Made by a program: the position numbers and the translations under genes. This document shows, in pieces, positions 1-11,293 of a DNA stretch of 64,000 nucleotides. Under the pieces are notes generated by a model. It did not search any database and was not told the origin of the DNA. It saw nothing but the letters and a program-made list of their open reading frames with translations. Source of the DNA: an uncultured Verrucomicrobiae bacterium (GTDB taxonomy: Bacteria; Verrucomicrobiota; Verrucomicrobiia; Limisphaerales; DASXHY01). The first letter of the stretch is position 1. The number at the start of each line of letters is the position of its first letter. The stretch covers positions 453,293-517,292 of the forward strand of contig OY969416.1 of the NCBI GenBank assembly GCA_963699145.1, given 5' to 3'.

Positions 1-2487
1 AATTTCGATTTGTCTTTCCGCACCCGGGACCCGCTGGTGGCGTTGCAATTCAACGGATTCATCGACGCGCCTTCGGACGGCCGCTACCGCTTCAGCACTT
101 CTTCCGATGACGGCAGCATGCTGTTCATCGGGCCGCCGACGATGAAAGTAACCCGGCTGGATTCGGCCGGCGTGCCGCCGGCGGCCGGGGCCATCATCGG
201 TGAATCGATGATCACCAATACCTGGCAACGCTGGTTGAGCGTCGAGGGCCGCGTCAATTTTGTATCGCCGTTGGGCAACGGGCTGGAATTGAAATTGCGC
301 TCGCAGGGAGATTCGATGCTGGTGCGCATCGCAGACGCGACCGGATTGGATGCCACGCGGCTGATGAATTCCCGCGTGCGCATCACCGGCGTCGGCTTCG
401 GCATTTTCAATCTGGACCAGCGTATCGTGCTCGGCGAATTGTTCGCCACGACCGCGCGGGATTTGAAGGTGCTCGACGTCACGCCCGGGCAATCGGCGGA
501 AGGGGTGCCCTTGCTCACGGCGAAGGAAGTCCAGAGCCTGCCTTTGGAGGATGCCACCAATAATTTGCCGGTTCACCTGCGGGGAGTGGTGACGAGCACG
601 GGCCCGCGTTATGACCGCTGGCTTTCCATCCAGGACGATACGCGCGGCATCTTTGTGAACCTGCGCGCCATTTCGAATAACTTTCCGGTGCCGGGAGATT
701 TTTGTGAGATCGTGGGCCACTCCGCCTCGGGTGATTTTGCTCCCATCGTCATGGCGGACGCCATTCAGCGTCTGGGCCGCGGCGATTTTCCGGAGCCGGC
801 GCGCCCGGCCTGGCATGATTTGATCAATGGCAGCATGGATGTGCAATGGGTCGAAATCCAGGGACTGGTCACGGATGTCCATAGCAACGCGCTTTCCATG
901 CTGCTGGCCGGCGGGCAATTGGATGTGCAGGTGGACCAGTACGAAGCGCGCCTGGCGCAATTCGAAAAATCCGTCGTTCGCGTCCAGGGCGTGTTGTTCG
1001 CGGATTATTGGACGAATCGCGAAGTGCGCGTGGGAAATGTGCGCGTGCGCAATGCAAGCATTACCGTGGACGTGCCCGCGCCGAGCGATCCGTTTGACGC
1101 CGCCGTGAAAACGCCGCGCGAATTGTTGCAATTCGACACACAAGCCACCGCGTTTCGTCGCGTGAAAGTTCCCGGGCAGGTGGTTCACGCCGACGCCAAG
1201 CAAATTTTCCTCGCGGAGGATGGGTTGGGCATCCGCGTGTTGCCCACGGAGACGAACACATTGAGCACCGGCGATATGATCGAAGCGGTCGGCTACCCGG
1301 ATATCACCGGGACCACCTTGATGTTGCGCGAAGCCATTGTTCGGAAAACCGGCCACCGGGATTTGCCGCCGGCGAAAAGCCTGAAGGAAACGGAACTCAC
1401 CGATGAAGGCCTGGATTCCACGCGCGTGAATGTGGAAGGAACGCTGCTGGAATGGCATGCCGAGCAAGGTTTTCCCGTGTTGGAAATGAAGTCCGGACAG
1501 TATCTGTATCTCGCCCGCCTTCCCCGTGGTGAATCGGTGCAAATGTCCCTGCGGCCCGGCAGCGAGCTGGCGCTCAACGGCATTTACGTCAGCCACGGGC
1601 GCAATTACCGCCCGGGCGCAGAGGCGGAATCGTTCGAACTCCTGCTCAATTCGCCCGGAGACGTCGCGGTGCTTTCGCAGCCGCCGTGGTGGACGTTGCA
1701 ACGGATGCTTGTGATCGTGGGTTTGTTGCTGGTTGTTTTGACCGTCGCCGTGATTTGGATCTCGCAACTGCGCCGGCTGGTTGAGCAGCGCACCGCGCAA
1801 CTCCGCCAGGAAACCCGCGAACGCGAACGCGTGGAACGCCAGCATGCCCTGGAAGCCGAACGCACCCGCATCGCGCGCGATCTGCATGATGATCTCGGCT
1901 CCAGCCTCACGGAAATCAACGTCCTCGCCAGCACCGGCCAGCGGCCGCATTCGGACGAGGCCAGCCAGGTGAATCTGTTTCACGCCATCGCCGGCAAGGC
2001 GCGCAGCCTGGTGGCCGCCCTCGACATCATCGTGTGGGCGGTCGATCCTGAGGATAATTTACTGCAATCCCTGGCCGATTATCTCACGGGTTACACGGGG
2101 GAGTTCTTTTCGCACACGAACGTCGCCTGCCGGTTCAAGGTGCCCGTGTCTTTCCCGGCGATAAATCTGGATGGCCGCGTGCGGCACGATTTGCTCATGG
2201 CCGTGAAAGAGGCGCTGAATAACGTCGTGCGCCACGCCGAAGCGACCGAGGTGGAATTCCGCATGGAAGTCGCCAGCGGCGGCCTGGAGATTGAAATCAT
2301 CGACAACGGGAAAGGCTTTGAAACCGGCTCGGAAAAAGGCCGGCACGGGTTGAAGAATCTTTCGTCCCGGTTGCTGACCCTGGGCGGCAGTTGCACCGTG
2401 GAATCGCGCGTGGCCGGCGGCACCGTGGTCACGATCCGCCTCCCGCTGCCTGCGCCTTTGTCAAAATCGGCACTGGGTGCGAATTAG
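1..2487 (+). CDS. Membrane sensor histidine kinase (HisKA_3/NarX-like) with large extracytoplasmic region (PA14-like and OB-fold-like repeats); 5' end lies outside the window
   Basis: Frame is open from base 1. PA14-like GFIDAPSDGRYRFSTSSDDGS; TM segment MLVIVGLLLVVLTVAVIWI; H-box ERTRIARDLHDDLG; N-box KEALNNVVRHA; DNGKGF and GLKNL G-boxes. Confidence 0.9.
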   Translation, partial: NFDLSFRTRDPLVALQFNGFIDAPSDGRYRFSTSSDDGSMLFIGPPTMKVTRLDSAGVPPAAGAIIGESMITNTWQRWLSVEGRVNFVSPLGNGLELKLRSQGDSMLVRIADATGLDATRLMNSRVRITGVGFGIFNLDQRIVLGELFATTARDLKVLDVTPGQSAEGVPLLTAKEVQSLPLEDATNNLPVHLRGVVTSTGPRYDRWLSIQDDTRGIFVNLRAISNNFPVPGDFCEIVGHSASGDFAPIVMADAIQRLGRGDFPEPARPAWHDLINGSMDVQWVEIQGLVTDVHSNALSMLLAGGQLDVQVDQYEARLAQFEKSVVRVQGVLFADYWTNREVRVGNVRVRNASITVDVPAPSDPFDAAVKTPRELLQFDTQATAFRRVKVPGQVVHADAKQIFLAEDGLGIRVLPTETNTLSTGDMIEAVGYPDITGTTLMLREAIVRKTGHRDLPPAKSLKETELTDEGLDSTRVNVEGTLLEWHAEQGFPVLEMKSGQYLYLARLPRGESVQMSLRPGSELALNGIYVSHGRNYRPGAEAESFELLLNSPGDVAVLSQPPWWTLQRMLVIVGLLLVVLTVAVIWISQLRRLVEQRTAQLRQETRERERVERQHALEAERTRIARDLHDDLGSSLTEINVLASTGQRPHSDEASQVNLFHAIAGKARSLVAALDIIVWAVDPEDNLLQSLADYLTGYTGEFFSHTNVACRFKVPVSFPAINLDGRVRHDLLMAVKEALNNVVRHAEATEVEFRMEVASGGLEIEIIDNGKGFETGSEKGRHGLKNLSSRLLTLGGSCTVESRVAGGTVVTIRLPLPAPLSKSALGAN

Positions 2488-2634
2488 AATTTTTTAAAGA
2501 TTCCAAAATACGACATTTGACGGATACTTTACCTTAAGCACTGAACTAATGTGGTCATTGAACCGTAAGGCCCTCAGGGCGCGCGGCGAAATGACATGTC
2601 GGCACAAGCAACACAAAGCATCGGCCAGGATTTA

Positions 2635-3297
2635 ATGACGAAAGTCGCCATTGTCGAAGACAACGCCACGCTCCGCAAATATCTTGCCGAGGTGATCAAC
2701 AACACTCCCGCGCACCGCTGCGTTTGCACCTGCGAATCGGCTGAGGAAGCGCTCGTGCAGATTCCCCTCCAGCGCCCCAACGTCGTGCTGATGGACATCC
2801 ACCTGCCGGGCGAATCGGGCATCGCCTGCACGGCGCGCTTGCGCGAAAAGCAGCCGAACCTGCAGGTGATCATGCTGACCGTCTACAAGGACATCAAAAT
2901 GATTTTCCAGGCGCTCAAGGCGGGGGCGTGCGGTTACGTCTTGAAACGGTCGGATGACAACGAAATTTTGGAAGCCATCGCGGAAGTCCGCGCGGGCGGC
3001 GCGCCGATGACCAGTGAAATCGCGCGGATGGTTGTGCGCTCGTTCATGGAGCCGGCGAAAACCGCGGATGCCAACGGCACGGAACAATTGTCCGCGCGCG
3101 AAATGGAAATTCTCGCGCTCGTCGCCGAAGGCTGTCCGAACAAGGAAATCGCCTCGCGCCTGTTCATCAGCAACGCCACGGTGCGTACGCACTTGATGCA
3201 CATTTACGAAAAGCTGCACGTGCGTTGCCGGACCGAAGCCGCGGCCAAATACCTTCGCTCCAATCCCTCCGGCCCGGTCTCCAAGCAAGCCGGGTAG
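2635..3297 (+). CDS. NarL/LuxR-family response regulator (alternative start 2596)
   Basis: Receiver VAIVED..LMDIHLP..GYVLK; LuxR HTH LSAREMEILALVAEGCPNKEIA. Confidence 0.93.
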   Translation: MTKVAIVEDNATLRKYLAEVINNTPAHRCVCTCESAEEALVQIPLQRPNVVLMDIHLPGESGIACTARLREKQPNLQVIMLTVYKDIKMIFQALKAGACGYVLKRSDDNEILEAIAEVRAGGAPMTSEIARMVVRSFMEPAKTADANGTEQLSAREMEILALVAEGCPNKEIASRLFISNATVRTHLMHIYEKLHVRCRTEAAAKYLRSNPSGPVSKQAG

Positions 3298-3302
3298 GAC
3301 TA

Positions 3303-3369
3303 AACCGCAAAGAACGCAGAGATCGCCAAGAGATTTCAATTCTTTGTGCTCTCTGCGTTCTTTGCGGTT
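3303..3369. repeat. Palindromic element with ~9-bp-period arms
   Basis: Perfect 20-bp inverted repeat aaccgcaaagaacgcagaga / tctctgcgttctttgcggtt; near-identical inverted copy at 47738-47801. Confidence 0.9.
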
Positions 3370-3470
3370 AAAGTCCACGGCAAGGTTGGATTGTCCACGT
3401 GTAGATTCTTCAATGTTTTCTGCTAAAATTCAAAGTTCCTTCCCTCGGCGTACCCCTCCATAATGGCGCT

Positions 3471-4970
3471 GTGTTCGACATCCATTTTAAAAATGCTCTC
3501 AGCTTGTTATTCGCATTCACCATTTGTGGATGCGCCAGCGTCGGCGTGAAACAAGTCTCTCCCGCCTCGCCGGCGATTCCCGCCTACTCGGTCACGTTGA
3601 CAGAGTTCGGCGCGGTGGGAGATGGCCTGACGCCGAACACCGGCGCGTTTGCAAAGGCCTTCGCCGCGTTGGCAGCACACGGTGGCGGCCGCCTCATCGT
3701 GCCTCCGGGCATTTGGCTCACGGGTCCCATCAAGCTCGCCAGCCACACCGATCTGCACCTCGAAACCGGCGCGTTCGTCAAATTTTCCGGCGATTACAAA
3801 TTGTACCCGCTCACCGTGATCGACCTGAAAGGCGAAAAGGAAGTCGATTCCACTTCGCCGATCATGGGCGAAAATCTGGAGGATGTCGCCATCACCGGCA
3901 ACGGCATCCTGGACGGCGGCGGCGATGCGTGGCGGCCGATTAAAAAGAATAAATTGCTCGAAGACGACTGGAAGAATCTCGTGAAATCCGGTGGCGTGTT
4001 GAGCGAACGCGGCGACACCTGGTATCCGAGCCGCGACGTCATGACCGGCGAACGAGTCGTCCAGGCGTTGCGCAAAAAAGAATCTCTTAACCTGGAAGAC
4101 TACGAACCGGCGCATCAATTTCTCCGCCCGAAAATGCTCCGTCTCATCGGCTGCAAAAAAGTCCTGTTGCAGGATTTCACGATCCAGAATCCGCCGAATT
4201 GGACGATGAACCCCGTGTTGTGCGATGACGTTTCCATCTTGAAGGTGCAGGTCCGCAATTCGCCCATTGCCCAGAACAGCGATGCGCTCGATCTCGAATC
4301 GTGCCGCCACGCGGTCATACGCGATTGCATTTTTGACGCCGGCGACGACGGCATTTGCATCAAATCCGGCAAGGACGCCGCAGGACGCCGCATTGGCGTG
4401 GCCACGGAGGATGTGCTAGTCGAGGGCTGCACGGTGTATCACGCGCACGGCGGCTTCACCATCGGCAGCGAAATGTCCGGCGGTGTGCGTGACATGCGCG
4501 TGAGGAACTGCACGTTCCTCGGCACGGATGTCGGCTTGCGCTTCAAGAGCACGCGCGGCCGCGGTGGCGTGGTGGAACGCATCGATATCTCGAACATCCG
4601 CATGGAGGGAATCACCGGCGACGCGATTAATTTCAATCTCTATTACGGCGGCCAATCCAGTCTCGAACAGGGCTCCGGAAACGGCGATGGAAGTTCAGTG
4701 GCCGTGAACGAAGGCACGCCGCAATTCCGCGACATCCATATCGAGGACGTGATTTGCCGCGGTGCGCGCAAAGCCATCGTGCTGCAAGGCCTGCCTGAAA
4801 TGCCGGTAAAAAATATCACGTTGAAAAACGTGGACATCACGGCGCAGGAAGGCGTTTTTGTGACGGACGGCGACAATATCTCCTTCGACCACGTGCGCGT
4901 GGAAAATAAATCCGGCGCCCCGCTCACCGAGACGCGCGTGAAGAATTCCCGGCTCGACCTGTTGCAATGA
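3471..4970 (+). CDS. Glycoside hydrolase family 28 (polygalacturonase-like), probably exported
   Basis: FGAVGDG beta-helix cap; GH28 motifs NSD, GDD, HAHGG, RFKS; N-terminal signal/lipobox-like segment. Confidence 0.9.
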   Translation: MFDIHFKNALSLLFAFTICGCASVGVKQVSPASPAIPAYSVTLTEFGAVGDGLTPNTGAFAKAFAALAAHGGGRLIVPPGIWLTGPIKLASHTDLHLETGAFVKFSGDYKLYPLTVIDLKGEKEVDSTSPIMGENLEDVAITGNGILDGGGDAWRPIKKNKLLEDDWKNLVKSGGVLSERGDTWYPSRDVMTGERVVQALRKKESLNLEDYEPAHQFLRPKMLRLIGCKKVLLQDFTIQNPPNWTMNPVLCDDVSILKVQVRNSPIAQNSDALDLESCRHAVIRDCIFDAGDDGICIKSGKDAAGRRIGVATEDVLVEGCTVYHAHGGFTIGSEMSGGVRDMRVRNCTFLGTDVGLRFKSTRGRGGVVERIDISNIRMEGITGDAINFNLYYGGQSSLEQGSGNGDGSSVAVNEGTPQFRDIHIEDVICRGARKAIVLQGLPEMPVKNITLKNVDITAQEGVFVTDGDNISFDHVRVENKSGAPLTETRVKNSRLDLLQ

Positions 4971-6382
4971 AGAAAGTCGGAAATACGCGCTGGGTGATTT
5001 GCGGATTGTTGTTCGCACTCGTCGCGCTCAGTTACATCGACCGCCTCATCATCGGCATTCTCAAAAACCCGATCGGCGAAACACTCGGCTGGTCGGACAC
5101 GGATTACGGCTACATCGCCGCGGGTTTTTCTTTTGCGTACGCGTTCGGTTATCTGTTTGCCGGGCGCGCCATGGATCGCCTGCGCGTGAAACGCGGCCTG
5201 CCGATGTTTTTCTGTGTGTGGTGCCTCGCGGTGGCCTCGCATGGCTTCATCAGCTTCATCGGCAAAGACGAAATGATGCGCCTGCATTACCCCTGGTTCT
5301 CGTGGACCGAAAAAGGTTTTCAAGGGATGACGCTCATCATGCCGATGACTGCGTTCGGGTTTGTGATGGCCCGGGTGGTTCTGGGTTTGGCCGAAGGCGC
5401 GAATTTCCCGGCGGCCATTCGCACCGTGGCCGAATGGTTTCCGGTGAAGGAACGCGCTCTGGCGACGGGATTGTTCAATGCCGGCACCAATGTCGGCGCC
5501 GTTCTCTGCCCCATCGCGGTGCCGTGGATTTATAAAAGAATCGGCTGGCCGCCGACGTTTTATTTGACCGGTGCTCTGGGTTTTCTCTGGCTGATCGGTT
5601 GGTGGTTTCTCTACGACGAACCGGAAAAGCATCGCCTGTTGACGCCGGAAGAACTGGCGTACATCCGCAACGGGCAACCGCCCATCGTGCAGGCCCAGCG
5701 CGTCCCCTGGCTCGCCTTGTTCGGCTACCGGCCGGTTTGGGCGTATCTGTTGGCCAGCATTCTCGCCGCCCCGGCGTGGGGCTTCTATCAATTTTTCGTT
5801 CCGGATTTTCTGCAAAAGCGTTTTGGCTTGAGCCTGCAGGAAACCGGCTGGTGGACGGGCGGATTCTTTGCCCTCACGGCGATTGGCGGAATCAGCGGCG
5901 GTTGGCTGGCGGGAGCCTTGCTCAGCCGCGGTTGGAGCCTGAACTCAGCCCGAAAAATCTCCCTGCTGCTCTGCGCCGCGGCGGTGGTTCCGGTGTTCAC
6001 GGCGCCGTTTGCCGGAACCGTGCTGCTCGCCGTGCTGATCGTCGGTCTCGCCGGGGCCGCGCATCAGGGCTGGTCCGCGAATCTCTACAGCGTGGTTTCC
6101 GATACGATGCCCAAAGAGACGATCAGCTCGGTCATCGGGCTGGGTGGGTTCGTTGCTTATTTCACCGGCGGTTTTGTCAATGGCCTTACGGGCATCATCC
6201 ATCAAAAAACGGGCAGCTACGTCTACGTGTTCGCATACTTCTCGGGCATGTACGTGCTTTCGCTCATCTTTCTGCAACTGCTGATTCCGCGCATTGGCAA
6301 TGATCAGCCCAAACCACCGGACGCCGGTGCGCCCGCAATTTCCGCCGAACCCGTCGGCGGCCGGATCAAAGCGAGTCCTTGA
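4967..6382 (+). CDS. MFS transporter, ExuT/hexuronate-like
   Basis: RWVICGLLF..SYIDR, GLAEGANFPAAIRTVAEWFP.KERALATGLFNAGTNVG, AAHQGWSANL; ATGA overlap with GH28 gene. Confidence 0.88.
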   Translation: MKKVGNTRWVICGLLFALVALSYIDRLIIGILKNPIGETLGWSDTDYGYIAAGFSFAYAFGYLFAGRAMDRLRVKRGLPMFFCVWCLAVASHGFISFIGKDEMMRLHYPWFSWTEKGFQGMTLIMPMTAFGFVMARVVLGLAEGANFPAAIRTVAEWFPVKERALATGLFNAGTNVGAVLCPIAVPWIYKRIGWPPTFYLTGALGFLWLIGWWFLYDEPEKHRLLTPEELAYIRNGQPPIVQAQRVPWLALFGYRPVWAYLLASILAAPAWGFYQFFVPDFLQKRFGLSLQETGWWTGGFFALTAIGGISGGWLAGALLSRGWSLNSARKISLLLCAAAVVPVFTAPFAGTVLLAVLIVGLAGAAHQGWSANLYSVVSDTMPKETISSVIGLGGFVAYFTGGFVNGLTGIIHQKTGSYVYVFAYFSGMYVLSLIFLQLLIPRIGNDQPKPPDAGAPAISAEPVGGRIKASP

Positions 6383-6386
6383 TTTG

Positions 6387-7937
6387 ATGCACACAGTTTC
6401 CCCTACTCAACCCGTAGTCAAGCCCGCCAGCGCGGCCGCAGGTTCGTTCCCGTGGCAGCCCGATTGCGGCGACGGCACGTACCGTAATCCAATTATTTAC
6501 GCGGATTATTCCGACCCGGACGTCGTTCGCGTCGGTGACGATTTTTATCTCGTCGCGTCCAGTTTCAATTGCACGCCCGGCCTGCCGATTCTGCATTCCA
6601 GGGATTTGGTGAACTGGACAATCATCAATCACGCGGTAAAAAACCTTCCGCATCCGCGCTACGCCGAAGTTCAGCTCGGTTGCGGCGTCTGGGCGCCCGC
6701 GATTCGTTTTCATGACAACAAGTTTTGGATTTTTTTTCCAACGCCCGACGAAGGCATCTACGTGACGACCGCGACTCATCCCGCCGGCCAATGGAGCGAA
6801 CCGCATTTGCTGCAGGCCGGCAAGGGGCTGATTGATCCCTGCCCGTTGTGGGATGACGACGGCCAGGCCTTTCTCGTGCACGCCTACGCCGGATCGCGCG
6901 CGGGCATCAAGCATCGCCTGCGCGTCTGCCCGATGGCGCCGGACGCATCGCGTTTGTTGGGCGAAGGCAAAATCGTTTTTCACGAACCGGAAAAACATCC
7001 CACTCTCGAAGGCCCAAAATTTTTGAAACGCGATGGCTGGTATTATATCCTCGCACCGGCGGGCGGCGTGGAAACCGGCTGGCAATTGGCCTTGCGCTCG
7101 CGAAATATTTACGGGCCTTACGAATGCAAAATCGTCCTTGAACAGGGCAATACACCCGTCAACGGTCCGCACCAGGGCGCGCTCATTGACACGACCGATG
7201 GCGAATGGTGGTTCGTGCATTTTCAGGACGCCGGCATCTACGGCCGGGTGACCCATCTGCAACCCGTCCAATGGCGCGACGGCTGGCCGATGATGGGCGA
7301 AAGCCGCGATGGCCTCGCCGTGCCGGTGCTGCATCACGCCAAGCCCGCCGCCAATGGCCCACTGCTCGCCCCGCAGACGAGCGATGAATTCGATTCGTCC
7401 ACGCTCGGCCTGCAATGGCAATGGCACGCCAATCACCTCGACTCCTGGTGCGAGCTTGGCCGCAGAAAGAGCTGGCTGCGATTGCATTCGCAATTCGTCG
7501 TTCACGAAAAGCTCGCGCACATTCCGAATCTGCTGTTGCAGAAATTTCCTGCGCGCGCGTTTACCGTGGAGACGGCCTTGGATTTTTCACACGCACAACC
7601 GGGCGAAGAAGCGGGGTTGATTGTCGCCGGCGAATCTTCCGTGGTCCTGGCGCTCGAAAAAACCGCTGCCGGCACGCAGCTCATTCTCCGCAACGACTCC
7701 GGAAAAAAAGTTTTGCAAAGCGGCGTGCCCGACAGCATTCGGTTGCAGGCAACCGTAGAGGACGGCGGACGTTGCACGTTCAGTTTCGCTTTCGCCGAGG
7801 GACTCGTTCCGGTCAGCGAAACATTTCAGGCAAAAAAAGGCGTGTGGATCGGCGCGAAGGTTGGCTTATACAGTGTGCGCCGACAGGAACCTGAATCCGC
7901 CGGCCACGCCGATTTCGATTATTTCCTCTTCAAATAA
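6387..7937 (+). CDS. Glycoside hydrolase family 43 (beta-xylosidase/arabinofuranosidase-like) with C-terminal beta-sandwich
   Basis: NPIIYADYSDPDV, SRDLVNW, WAP, IDP, EGP, HQG motifs; C-terminal SDEFD..LGLQWQW. Confidence 0.9.
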   Translation: MHTVSPTQPVVKPASAAAGSFPWQPDCGDGTYRNPIIYADYSDPDVVRVGDDFYLVASSFNCTPGLPILHSRDLVNWTIINHAVKNLPHPRYAEVQLGCGVWAPAIRFHDNKFWIFFPTPDEGIYVTTATHPAGQWSEPHLLQAGKGLIDPCPLWDDDGQAFLVHAYAGSRAGIKHRLRVCPMAPDASRLLGEGKIVFHEPEKHPTLEGPKFLKRDGWYYILAPAGGVETGWQLALRSRNIYGPYECKIVLEQGNTPVNGPHQGALIDTTDGEWWFVHFQDAGIYGRVTHLQPVQWRDGWPMMGESRDGLAVPVLHHAKPAANGPLLAPQTSDEFDSSTLGLQWQWHANHLDSWCELGRRKSWLRLHSQFVVHEKLAHIPNLLLQKFPARAFTVETALDFSHAQPGEEAGLIVAGESSVVLALEKTAAGTQLILRNDSGKKVLQSGVPDSIRLQATVEDGGRCTFSFAFAEGLVPVSETFQAKKGVWIGAKVGLYSVRRQEPESAGHADFDYFLFK

Positions 7938-7940
7938 ATC

Positions 7941-10900
7941 TCAGTGCACCGGCTGAAGTTGGATCATACCGGCATCGATGGGTGTCCAAGCTTGACCCGC
8001 GGGCACGGTAACCGGGACCTCACCTTCGAGCGCGATGATCCGTGCCGGAGCGTTCGAGCCGGTGAGTTCGTACACAAATACGGAAAACCGGTATTGGCCC
8101 GGTTGCACTTCATTCGCGACCAGCTCATTTTCGCCGACCTGCGTGGCCTCAAACGAGTGGGATTTTTCCAAAGCCGCCTGGTATTCAGGCCTGTCAATAT
8201 AAGCCTTCCGTGCCACGTCGTTGGTCCGAATGGCGAACGGCATCGGCGGCAGAGTGGCCACGAACCCGCCGATGCGCCAGTCCGGCATCCGCTGCATGCC
8301 CGCAGGCCACTGAAAGTGCGCCGTCACAGTGTGCTCCAACGCGCCAAAGTCGAGCGTCGTGGTTTCGCCCGGGCGGATTTCAAACGGAGTTTCATCGCCG
8401 GTGGACCACGATTTCTCTGTGGGCGAGGTGATGGTTATATGGATCCGCGCCAGCTTGTGATTTCCGGGCGGCAGTTTGTCGACGACGATGCGACCATTGG
8501 CATCCGGTTCGAGTTGTGCGATGCCGTAATCGAAATAAGCCGTTTGCAGGGAACCGCCGCCGAATTCCACCTCGTAATCGCGTGCTTCTGAATTTGTGGC
8601 GGGGCTGCACATGACTTCCAGCCGACCGAGCGGTTGCAAGTGCATCACGGGATGGGCGAACAACTCGGCAGGTTTGGCTTCCGCATATCCGTCGAGTGTG
8701 TAGACGATCACGCGTTGGATCGAGTCATCGGGCTGTAGTTTGAATTGACCGTTGCCGTCGGTGACGAGCAGCGTGCCGGCGCTCTGGATGTTTGCGTGGG
8801 AGATGCCGCCGAAAAACAGCCGCAACTGCGAGAGCGGTTGAACCAGGCCCACGTCGGCATGGATGGCCAGTTGCGCGTTCGGGTTGTATACGGTCACCGT
8901 CACTTCCTTGGCAGGGCGCAAGCTCACGTCCAGTTGCACATGGCCTTCGTCCGGCCCAAGCACGCGCGAAATGAACGGCGCGTAACCTTCCGCCGTGAAT
9001 TTCAAAATGTAACCGGCATTGGTGGCCTCGACGATTACCGGCTCGTCAAAGGTCTGGTGATAGCTGCCACCGGCATATCTGTGGCGAAAACGGTCCAAGG
9101 TCGACCAGGTCGGATTGGTTGCGCCCTCCGTGGAATCCCAGGGATATCCTTCCAGCATCTGGAATTGCGGTATCAATTCTCCCGTCGAGGCATCCCGCAC
9201 CGTCCCGGAAACCACCAACTCAGATTGCTGTTTCAAGGTAATGACGTGATCTTCGCCATCCGCGGTTACCTGCGCATCCGCTTCGGCAAATCCGTTCGCG
9301 GAGATGTTGAATTTCAATTCGCCCTCGGGCGCATTGGTCCAGACAGCTTGACCATTTTTATCGGATGTGAACGATGCATCGGCTTGAACCCGGCTGGGTT
9401 TTCTCAGATCCGACTCCTGCGGCTCGTAACCGACATAAGCGTCCGGAATGGGATTTCCGTTCTGGTCCGCAACGTGAAAGCGCAGAATTTTGCCGGGTCG
9501 CAAGGTGAGGCGAATAGGTTCGGAATCGTCGCCTAAATTGGCGTCCACAGTCGTCACGGCCAGGCCTTTCACCTCGGCGCTCACCATTTGTTTACCGGGG
9601 CCGCAGCCGGCGATGGAAAAGGTGCCATCGCCGGCCGTTTTCGCGCTCCGCGAATCTGAATCATGGATTCGTCCCACCGTTACCTTGGCGTCTGAAATCG
9701 GATTTCCGTCCGCGTCGACCACGAGACCGCGCGCGATGACCGCGTGTCCGAGTTTAAATACCAGGCTTCCGTCGCGCAGTTGATCTTCCGGTTTGCGATC
9801 GTTGCCGGAAGAAACCAACGTGCTGCGCGTAAAGTTACTGTGGCTCGCACGACCAAAAAGATGGGGGATGAGCTCTTCGGCGATGCGGTTGATTTGCCAG
9901 CGTCCATCCTGATCGGTGGTGGCGTTGATGCCCTCGGCAACGTGGCTTTCCGGTGCCTGGAGTGTGCTAATGAACATGAACCCTTGGTCCTGTTGAAAGT
10001 CGACATTCGCGCCAGCCACAAGATTGCCATCCGGGTCCACCACCCGGCCGCCAATCATCACCGCTCGATCCACTTTGAGAACGTAGTTGGTCGGAATCAA
10101 ATCGCCATTCGGTGTCTGCCAGGTCAGGCGCGTATCGGCAAAGCCTTCGATTTGCGACGTTAATTGCAGCTCGGTGATGTTCGTCGGATAACGAACCTCG
10201 CAAACGCCGAGTTGATTCGCCTTCAGCTGCTGGTCGCCCAGGTAATCTTCCCCGCTAAAGGCGCGATATTGAATCAAGGCGAAGGAAATTGGCCGCCCGC
10301 TTTCTTTGGCGACGATTTCGAGATGCACCATTGGGCCTTCCGCGCGCTGCGAAGCTGCCGATGCATCGACTGAAGTCTCAGGTGAATTCGCATTCGAAGT
10401 TGCCTCAACCATAGCCGGAGTATTGGTGGACGCGATTGCGGGAGCCGGCGAAGTCGCCTCGGTCCGCCGGGGATGCTGCGCCTGACGCGCGGTCAAAATA
10501 ATCGCCGCCGCGGCCGCGATGACAATCGCACCAGTCACCAGTTGAACTTTGGAAAGCGCCAATACCTTCGCGATGAGAAGAGAAGCGCCGCCGGCGGCAG
10601 AGGCGGTGATTGCTGTTTGCGCGACTTTCGCAGCCAGTTGAATCGGCGCGGTTCCAACTGCATGCGCGGTGAGCAGCCCCGCCAGCACCAGCGCGGTCGA
10701 CGTGACGCCGCGTTTCGCCAGCGCCGCGTGCAATTTCCCCAGCGCGCGATCCACCCGCATGCGCGCGGTATTTTCGTTTAGGCCGAGCCGCACGCCGATG
10801 TCCGCGTAGGAACAGCGCTCGAAGTGGCGCAGCAACACGGCTTCGCGGTCGTCCGCGTCCAGCGCGTGCATGGCTTCGTCGAGCAGCGGGCGAATCCGGC

Positions 10901-11249
10901 CCCAATCGGGTTCCGGCTCGGGATAATTAAGAATGGAATTCATAGCGTGAGCCTCCTGTTCACGAGAGCGGCGGCGCTGCTCGGTGCGGCGAACCGTCGT
11001 GGCGGCGAAGCGCGTGCTGGTGTAGAGCCAGCCGAGCAGCGAGGTGTGTCGGACGAGGCTGGACGCCTTGCGCGCCAAATCCGTGAAGACCGCCTGGGTC
11101 ACGTCTTCGGCCAGTTGCGCGTCGCCGCTGACCTGGCGGAGCGCCGCCGAATAAACCAGGTTGATGTGGCGCTGCACCAATTCTCCGAACGCCTCTTCGG
11201 ATTGCCCGCTGGCGTAGCGCTGGAGAAGTTCACCATCATTCGCGTTCAT
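7941..11249 (-). CDS. ECF sigma-70 factor fused via a TM helix to a long extracytoplasmic region with carboxypeptidase-regulatory-like repeats
   Basis: Sigma region 2 AEDVTQAVF; region 4 [33 protein letters not shown]; [18 protein letters not shown]; repeats G.VVD.DGNPI..A.V. Confidence 0.88.
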   Translation of the reverse strand: MNANDGELLQRYASGQSEEAFGELVQRHINLVYSAALRQVSGDAQLAEDVTQAVFTDLARKASSLVRHTSLLGWLYTSTRFAATTVRRTEQRRRSREQEAHAMNSILNYPEPEPDWGRIRPLLDEAMHALDADDREAVLLRHFERCSYADIGVRLGLNENTARMRVDRALGKLHAALAKRGVTSTALVLAGLLTAHAVGTAPIQLAAKVAQTAITASAAGGASLLIAKVLALSKVQLVTGAIVIAAAAAIILTARQAQHPRRTEATSPAPAIASTNTPAMVEATSNANSPETSVDASAASQRAEGPMVHLEIVAKESGRPISFALIQYRAFSGEDYLGDQQLKANQLGVCEVRYPTNITELQLTSQIEGFADTRLTWQTPNGDLIPTNYVLKVDRAVMIGGRVVDPDGNLVAGANVDFQQDQGFMFISTLQAPESHVAEGINATTDQDGRWQINRIAEELIPHLFGRASHSNFTRSTLVSSGNDRKPEDQLRDGSLVFKLGHAVIARGLVVDADGNPISDAKVTVGRIHDSDSRSAKTAGDGTFSIAGCGPGKQMVSAEVKGLAVTTVDANLGDDSEPIRLTLRPGKILRFHVADQNGNPIPDAYVGYEPQESDLRKPSRVQADASFTSDKNGQAVWTNAPEGELKFNISANGFAEADAQVTADGEDHVITLKQQSELVVSGTVRDASTGELIPQFQMLEGYPWDSTEGATNPTWSTLDRFRHRYAGGSYHQTFDEPVIVEATNAGYILKFTAEGYAPFISRVLGPDEGHVQLDVSLRPAKEVTVTVYNPNAQLAIHADVGLVQPLSQLRLFFGGISHANIQSAGTLLVTDGNGQFKLQPDDSIQRVIVYTLDGYAEAKPAELFAHPVMHLQPLGRLEVMCSPATNSEARDYEVEFGGGSLQTAYFDYGIAQLEPDANGRIVVDKLPPGNHKLARIHITITSPTEKSWSTGDETPFEIRPGETTTLDFGALEHTVTAHFQWPAGMQRMPDWRIGGFVATLPPMPFAIRTNDVARKAYIDRPEYQAALEKSHSFEATQVGENELVANEVQPGQYRFSVFVYELTGSNAPARIIALEGEVPVTVPAGQAWTPIDAGMIQLQPVH

Positions 11250-11293
11250 CTCATCTACCTAACAGCCGCCGAATTCCAAACCGCACAACTTTT

